DNA of 51,882 bases from a virus (lineage: Duplodnaviria; Heunggongvirae; Uroviricota; Caudoviricetes), in the IMG/VR virus record IMGVR_UViG_3300047393_000041, positions 64,001 to 115,882 of that record. One strand, written 5' to 3'. Below, one piece after another: positions 47,040-51,882 of the stretch. How positions within the stretch are numbered: position 1 is the first letter of the stretch; every line of letters starts with the position of its first letter. The position numbers and the translations under genes are program-made. The notes below the pieces were generated by a model. That model made no database searches. It was given only the letters and a program-made list of their open reading frames with translations, and was not told where the DNA came from.

Positions 47040-47717
47040 TTATAGTGTTATTGTTGTTGTTGTGGTTGTAGTAGCTGGACAAGATCCTTCTGTAAAAATA
47101 ACTTGAGGATTATTGTAAGTTACTGATAATGGATTTAATTCTGTAGTAATATCACTTACACTTCCGCTTCCTCCAAATCCCATCCACCAGAAATACCATC
47201 TTTCTGGATAATATATATTATTGTAATTTAATGTTGCAGAAGCAGTAAAATCACTTTGTGTATCATATATATCTCCTTGATATGTAGGATAACCCTCTCC
47301 ATCTAATCCTGTAAAAGTAATAGTACCACTAGTCATAAATGATGCATCAAATGTACTGATGTTTACACAAATAGATAAAGGAAATAAAGCTACTGTAGTA
47401 GTAGTAGTTGTAGTTAACATTCCTTCAGGTGTAACTATAGGTTTAATATTGCAACCTAAAGTTAATAACTTAACTTTACTTGCAATTCTATTTATAGACA
47501 CATCACATATATAATTAGGATTATAATTCTTATATGTTAATATTCTTCTATACGCAATTAGTTGAATCATTATTCCAGCAGGAACAGACTGATTCAACAT
47601 AAATGTAATATTATTAAATAGACCATTAGCATAATACGCTAATTTACAATCTATCTCTTCAATCAAGTTAGGAATGTTTGCACATTCAGGGCAATTAGTT
47701 AGTCTAGGTGATAACAT
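47040..47717 (-). CDS. Putative tail-hub protein with appended poly-Thr-flanked domain
   Basis: 225 aa; helical N-half, then T7, a beta domain and T7; position matches crAss-like hub genes (inference). Confidence 0.4.
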   Translation of the reverse strand: MLSPRLTNCPECANIPNLIEEIDCKLAYYANGLFNNITFMLNQSVPAGIMIQLIAYRRILTYKNYNPNYICDVSINRIASKVKLLTLGCNIKPIVTPEGMLTTTTTTTVALFPLSICVNISTFDASFMTSGTITFTGLDGEGYPTYQGDIYDTQSDFTASATLNYNNIYYPERWYFWWMGFGGSGSVSDITTELNPLSVTYNNPQVIFTEGSCPATTTTTTTITL

Positions 47718-47726
47718 AATTTGATA

Positions 47727-47822
47727 TTATTTATTTAACTTACCTGCACAAGTTGCGCATAGTCCATCTTTCAATTGACATCCACATCCCACATTAGCTC
47801 CGCATGAATTACATTGTGCCAT
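47727..47822 (-). CDS. 31-aa six-cysteine peptide
   Basis: Manual translation MAQCNSCGANVGCGCQLKDGLCATCAGKLNK; fills the intergenic gap (2 nt after one stop, 9 nt before the next start). Confidence 0.75.
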   Translation of the reverse strand: MAQCNSCGANVGCGCQLKDGLCATCAGKLNK

Positions 47823-47824
47823 GA

Positions 47825-48388
47825 TTAATAAAAGTTTAATTGATAATTATTTCCAGAACATCCACAGTTATTTTTTATAAAACTATCTAACATATTATTT
47901 GCTTGAATATATAATTTATTAGATTCAAAATCTGCACAGTTATTAGCTGCAGCAATTGATCCTTGTATAAAGAAATTAATTGTATTCAATGTTACAGTTG
48001 ATTGTGTTTTGATAGCTCTATCGCATTCCATAAGATCTAATTTAAGAAAAGCTCTATCGAACTTCTCTTGTATTTTATCTGTACGCATTATTGTTCTCTC
48101 TACAAAGTTTAAATATGCAGGAGCAACAGAATATTTTAATCTGTATATTCCATCAGGTAAAGGTTGTTCATTACCCACTTCAGTAATACCAAGATCTACA
48201 GAATTAAATAAATTATATGAATTTACAACAAAAGGAAGTACAGCTATACCAAAACTTGGTACAGTTATTTCAATTGTTGGAGTAGTTACAATAGGTGGAT
48301 CATCAGGGTAAGTTGAAGTATCAATCACTCCTAAAGTTAATACATTATATGTAGGGATTACTGTTATATCTAATTTTAAATCTGCCAT
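47825..48388 (-). CDS. Putative tail-hub/structural protein
   Basis: 187 aa; beta-sandwich N-half (PLPDGIYRLKYSV) and Cys-containing helical C-half; synteny. Confidence 0.45.
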   Translation of the reverse strand: MADLKLDITVIPTYNVLTLGVIDTSTYPDDPPIVTTPTIEITVPSFGIAVLPFVVNSYNLFNSVDLGITEVGNEQPLPDGIYRLKYSVAPAYLNFVERTIMRTDKIQEKFDRAFLKLDLMECDRAIKTQSTVTLNTINFFIQGSIAAANNCADFESNKLYIQANNMLDSFIKNNCGCSGNNYQLNFY

Positions 48389-48407
48389 GGTTTTATATTA
48401 AGAAGTT

Positions 48408-48445
48408 AATAAAAAGGGGAGAGAGTGTTTTACTCATCTCCCCTT
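48408..48445 (-). terminator. Intrinsic terminator after the 395-aa gene
   Basis: - strand AAGGGGAGA-T-GAGT-AAAAC-ACTC-TCTCCCCTT followed by TTTATT. Confidence 0.8.
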
Positions 48446-48477
48446 AGTATTAGGAATTTATTATTTTCTACTTATCC

Positions 48478-49665
48478 TTAAGGAATGTTAGTAGAAGTTG
48501 TTGTAGTTGTTGCAGGAGCAGCAGTACTAGTAGTTGTAGTTGTAATAACACAACCGTTGTTAGCATCAATTAAACCTAAAGCAGCTGCTAATACAGTTTC
48601 GATTGCAGCAGCAATACCACTAAACAAACCTCCTCCGATAGGAGTAGCAGCATTTGGAGCAGCGATGATCACTGTACTATCTTCTTGAATATAATCACCC
48701 CATTGGTAAGCAGACTTATCAAGTTCATTGAATTTAATATAGTAAGTATCATAAGTTACACCACCTGAAACATAAGTTTCAAAGTTTTCATTGTAACCAT
48801 TCATTCTATATAAATGTTTCAAGTAACCTGCTTGGTAGCTATAGAAGTTTTTCTCTAATTGAGCAATCTCTGCAGATTGACCTGTTGGATAAGAAGCACG
48901 TTGAGTAATAGCTGTAGTTGCAACAAGGTTACAAGCATCAGCAACAATAAAGTCAGCAGTAGTAGCTGGACCAGAATATACAAAAGTTCTAAAAGACATT
49001 CTGTCATATTCAAAAGGGAATGCAGCAACATCACATGGTTGACCATATTTTGTTAAAGGTTTTCCTGTAATACGTAAAATAGTTCCACCTACATTTTCAA
49101 ATGTATAGAATGTGTTAAAACTAATATTATCAGGATTGATACCAGGAGCTTGTGCAGTTAATTTAGCAATCAACTCATTGATTAATACATTAGGATCTGT
49201 ATCAGCACATGGATCACCACCACAATCACAACAAGGTGCTTGGATAGTTACTGAACGTGTGAATCCATTGAAATACAATGTATCAATATAAGAAGAATGT
49301 GCACGTAAAGTTAATGTTAATGTGTCTCCACATTGAGCAGTAAAGTTAGTTACATCAGTAATTTGGTTTGCTGCTGTTGGGCAACCTACCACTTTGTACC
49401 ATTCAGATACATTAGATCCTGTAGAAGAAATTCTATCAGATCTTTTAGATGCTTGAAGGTAAGTGTTTTGTCTACCTTGTGCAATGTAGAAATAAGGATT
49501 AGCAGTAGCAATATTAGTAGCATCTACAGCAACATATTTACTGCTAAAAATACCTACTTGACCTGCGGTAAGGTCTTGTGTTGAGATTGCTCCCATACCA
49601 GAGCTAGGAAGAGTAGTCTGTCCTACTGGAACCACAAATAATGTGGTTAATGAAAAATCAGCCAT
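48478..49665 (-). CDS. Probable auxiliary capsid protein (crAss-like conserved structural protein) with poly-Thr tail
   Basis: 395 aa; third gene after the capsid gene, followed by a strong terminator as expected for a high-copy protein. Confidence 0.5.
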   Translation of the reverse strand: MADFSLTTLFVVPVGQTTLPSSGMGAISTQDLTAGQVGIFSSKYVAVDATNIATANPYFYIAQGRQNTYLQASKRSDRISSTGSNVSEWYKVVGCPTAANQITDVTNFTAQCGDTLTLTLRAHSSYIDTLYFNGFTRSVTIQAPCCDCGGDPCADTDPNVLINELIAKLTAQAPGINPDNISFNTFYTFENVGGTILRITGKPLTKYGQPCDVAAFPFEYDRMSFRTFVYSGPATTADFIVADACNLVATTAITQRASYPTGQSAEIAQLEKNFYSYQAGYLKHLYRMNGYNENFETYVSGGVTYDTYYIKFNELDKSAYQWGDYIQEDSTVIIAAPNAATPIGGGLFSGIAAAIETVLAAALGLIDANNGCVITTTTTSTAAPATTTTTSTNIP

Positions 49666-49689
49666 TGTTTATTTATTTAAATTAATAGT

Positions 49690-50421
49690 TTATTCGTTTG
49701 TTTGTATTCTGTAAGCTGCATTTTGTACAGCAGATTGATTTTCTGTATACATTGCTAAATTTTGAACTGTAAGATCTAAAAGTTCATCTTCTAGATATGT
49801 TTCTAATTCGCAATTTGTATTAATAGATGGATTACCATCTAACATTATATATCCTTCTTTATTAATATAATCAGGATAACGCATGTACATTATTTGTATA
49901 TTCTTAGGAGTAAATGTCCCATCTGTAAATATACTGATTTCATCAGATGACAAAAAATTAAATGTTTCTTGATATTCAAATGAAGGTTTATAATGATCAT
50001 TGTTTAATATAAATTGTAGATCACCATGTTTTGCAAGATCTCTATTAATCCATATCTTTCTATCTATACATCTACCTTTATCAGCTAATACATAACTATC
50101 TACATAAAACATATACTTTGGTTCTAATGTATGAATATTAGCAGCCCACTGATTCAAATTAGAATCTTTTACCGTTAAAGGCAAAGGCTGATGATTGTAA
50201 TTCATCACTAAACTCTGAAGATCTTCATAACGCTTTTTAAATGAGTCCATGCCCATTCCATTAGCAACACTTATACCATCAACTTTTTGTTTTATTAATT
50301 TAATCTGAGCTTCATTTAAAGCTAAGATTTTATCTTCTAATTGAATTTGTTGATGTGCATTAGTTGATAGTTTATTTAGTTTCTGATCAATCTTGTACAA
50401 TAAACTATCTACTGGGATCAT
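49690..50421 (-). CDS. Tail ring protein
   Basis: 243 aa; IDQKLNKL...EDKILALNEAQIKLIKQK and CELETYLEDELLDLTV fit the crAss-like ring family. Confidence 0.6.
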   Translation of the reverse strand: MIPVDSLLYKIDQKLNKLSTNAHQQIQLEDKILALNEAQIKLIKQKVDGISVANGMGMDSFKKRYEDLQSLVMNYNHQPLPLTVKDSNLNQWAANIHTLEPKYMFYVDSYVLADKGRCIDRKIWINRDLAKHGDLQFILNNDHYKPSFEYQETFNFLSSDEISIFTDGTFTPKNIQIMYMRYPDYINKEGYIMLDGNPSINTNCELETYLEDELLDLTVQNLAMYTENQSAVQNAAYRIQTNE

Positions 50422-50449
50422 ATGCTTTTATATTTTTAAAACTAGCTAC

Positions 50450-51418
50450 TTAAATAGCAGCTAGTTTTTTAGTTTTTAATTTTTGTTCTAATATCAATAA
50501 CTCATCTTGGTTATCATCATCAGCTAAGAATCTAATTAAATCATCTTCATCTTTTGCCACTTCATATTCACCTTCATAAACTTTACCATTAGGTTTAATT
50601 CTATATACTGAATGTGCTGTAGCTTGTTTAACAAGATCTCTAATGTGAAGTAAATCATCTTTCATGTTAGCAAATCTGTTAAACACTTCAACTGGATTTA
50701 AGCCTGAATATTTACCATTCTTAAATTCTGTTTGTTTTAACATGTTATCTACTTGATTGTAAACAACTTCTTCTTTTGTTTCTTCTGTTACTGGAAGACC
50801 TAAAAGTCTTGCAACTTTTTTCTTCTTATCAGGAGTCATAGAATCAAACATTACAATTGCTTTATTAATCAATTGTTTTTTCTTAAATATTACAGCATTT
50901 TCAATTTCATCATCTACAACATAAAACTGTGTGTCAGCAGGATATTCTCCTCTTTCCCAAGCTTGATGACTTGATGCAATTGTAGGGTGTACTCTCAACC
51001 ATGAAAAAGCTATTTCTTGAAAAGGAACTGATAGATCAAAGAAATTATCACCATCTAATAATTTAACTGATTGCACATGTGACTGATCATTCGTAGAAGT
51101 TGATAAACCATAGTTCCAGAATTGTGAACGAGGTCCTAAATCAATATCTCCTAAATCATATTCAAGTTTTGTCTTAAGAGCTCTAACTCTTTCAATTTCT
51201 AATTCTCTTTCTAAAGGATCTGAGATTCGTTTAATATAAGCAGCATTTTCATCTAATCCTGTTCTATACTTACCATCTAATTCTTTATACGGATACTTGA
51301 AAACTCCTGTTCCAGGGATTCTTGTCATTCCTTTTTGTGCTAGTCCACTATCCATTGTCTGAAGTTGTGAGCTATTGAATTCTCTTTTTATTGTAGAGAT
51401 TTTACCTGTCTTTGCCAT
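50450..51418 (-). CDS. Conserved crAss-like protein following the major capsid gene
   Basis: 322 aa, no catalytic motif recognised; call rests on synteny. Confidence 0.45.
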   Translation of the reverse strand: MAKTGKISTIKREFNSSQLQTMDSGLAQKGMTRIPGTGVFKYPYKELDGKYRTGLDENAAYIKRISDPLERELEIERVRALKTKLEYDLGDIDLGPRSQFWNYGLSTSTNDQSHVQSVKLLDGDNFFDLSVPFQEIAFSWLRVHPTIASSHQAWERGEYPADTQFYVVDDEIENAVIFKKKQLINKAIVMFDSMTPDKKKKVARLLGLPVTEETKEEVVYNQVDNMLKQTEFKNGKYSGLNPVEVFNRFANMKDDLLHIRDLVKQATAHSVYRIKPNGKVYEGEYEVAKDEDDLIRFLADDDNQDELLILEQKLKTKKLAAI

Positions 51419-51453
51419 AATGTAGTTTAATTAATAATGTTTGGTTTTATTAG

Positions 51454-51527
51454 TTGCGTGGGATGGATTCGAACCACCGACCTCTAGGTTATGAGCCTAG
51501 CGAGCTAACCGCTGCTACTACCACACG
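51454..51527 (-). tRNA. trnM: tRNA-Met (CAU), initiator-like
   Basis: CGTGTGG...CTAGG-CTCATAA-CCTAG-AGGTC-GGTGG-TTCGAAT-CCATC-CCACGCA-A; C1:A72 mismatch; no encoded CCA. Confidence 0.93.
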
Positions 51528-51529
51528 AG

Positions 51530-51736
51530 TTGTAGAGTGGTCCCACCGAAGGAACCTGAACATGGATACTATCCATTTCAACACTCTGTCACTTAGTTAC
51601 GTTGCTATGCAAGAGGCTTGACTAAGTATATTTGAGATCAATCCCCTCTAGGAGGGAGAGGAGGTGAGGGGATCTTTCTCGGAAATATTGAGTTACTCTG
51701 GGACGCTGTTCTTATGGATAGCGTAGTAACTACTCT
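51530..51736 (-). ncRNA. Candidate structured ncRNA (four back-to-back domains)
   Basis: Stems at 51691-97/51725-31, 51628-48/51666-88, 51591-97/51621-27, and a three-way junction 51534-51587; GC-richer than the flanks; no ORF. Confidence 0.6.
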
Positions 51737-51742
51737 TTATTT

Positions 51743-51880
51743 TTAGAATTGTGGAATTTCCTCAATCAACACAGTTCTTGACAAATCTTCAATAAATACA
51801 TCACATCTGTCTTTCATCCAGATTTCGTATCCTGGGAATTTGTTAGCACTTGACATACCTTGAGATTTAGCAAAACCTAA
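51743..51880 (-). CDS. C-terminal end of the probable major capsid protein (partial)
   Basis: Open from the window edge: LGFAKSQGMSSANKFPGYEIWMKDRCDVFIEDLSRTVLIEEIPQF*; position matches the crAss-like MCP and the sequence resembles its C-terminal strands. Confidence 0.65.
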   Translation of the reverse strand, partial: LGFAKSQGMSSANKFPGYEIWMKDRCDVFIEDLSRTVLIEEIPQF

Positions 51881-51882
51881 GT

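Noticed and set aside
69-49584. All + strand ORFs and the nested small - strand ORFs (18777, 33270, 34536, 43264, 48855) in the ORF track
   Set aside because: They overlap long, well-formed - strand genes and lack motifs; typical shadow ORFs.
51659-51667. AGGAGGTGA as a ribosome-binding site for a + strand gene
   Set aside because: No start codon at 5-10 nt and no ORF downstream; the surrounding transcription is on the - strand.
1-51882. Alternative genetic code (TAG/TGA recoding, seen in some crAss-like phages)
   Set aside because: Multi-kb ORFs are intact under code 11, genes pack tightly, and TGA is used as a stop at 3553.

Overview
A 51.9-kb AT-rich, single-orientation block (all credible genes on the - strand) from the virion/late region of a crAss-like (Crassvirales-type, podovirus-like) phage. 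The host is probably Bacteroidota/Flavobacteriia, inferred from TTTG-N20-TAnnTTT(G/A) promoters and AT-rich, Shine-Dalgarno-less start regions. In transcription order (high to low coordinates): C-terminus of the probable major capsid protein; a ~200-nt structured non-coding RNA; tRNA-Met(CAU); conserved head/neck genes; a cluster of Cys-rich, poly-Thr fibre/decoration genes; a metallophosphoesterase; ring, IHF-like and ring genes; a muzzle (tail stabilisation) gene that appears split in two; two Gly-Gly-motif cargo proteins; three giant ejected proteins including a 4044-aa virion RNA polymerase (GSDFDIDK); a lysis cassette with a GH24 lysozyme; and further fibre genes. Standard genetic code; no integrase, CRISPR array or intron seen. 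Best leads: (1) a combinatorial kit of four protein modules plus poly-Thr spacers reused across at least eight virion genes, one junction of which appears to have split the muzzle gene; (2) a four-domain RNA after the capsid gene with an anti-Shine-Dalgarno (UCACCUCCU) loop; (3) a 21-bp dyad upstream of three late promoters; (4) about 18 hydrophobic-x-x-Gly-Gly motifs in the cargo proteins next to an HExxH domain. Product names come from motifs and remembered crAss-like synteny, not from database searches.
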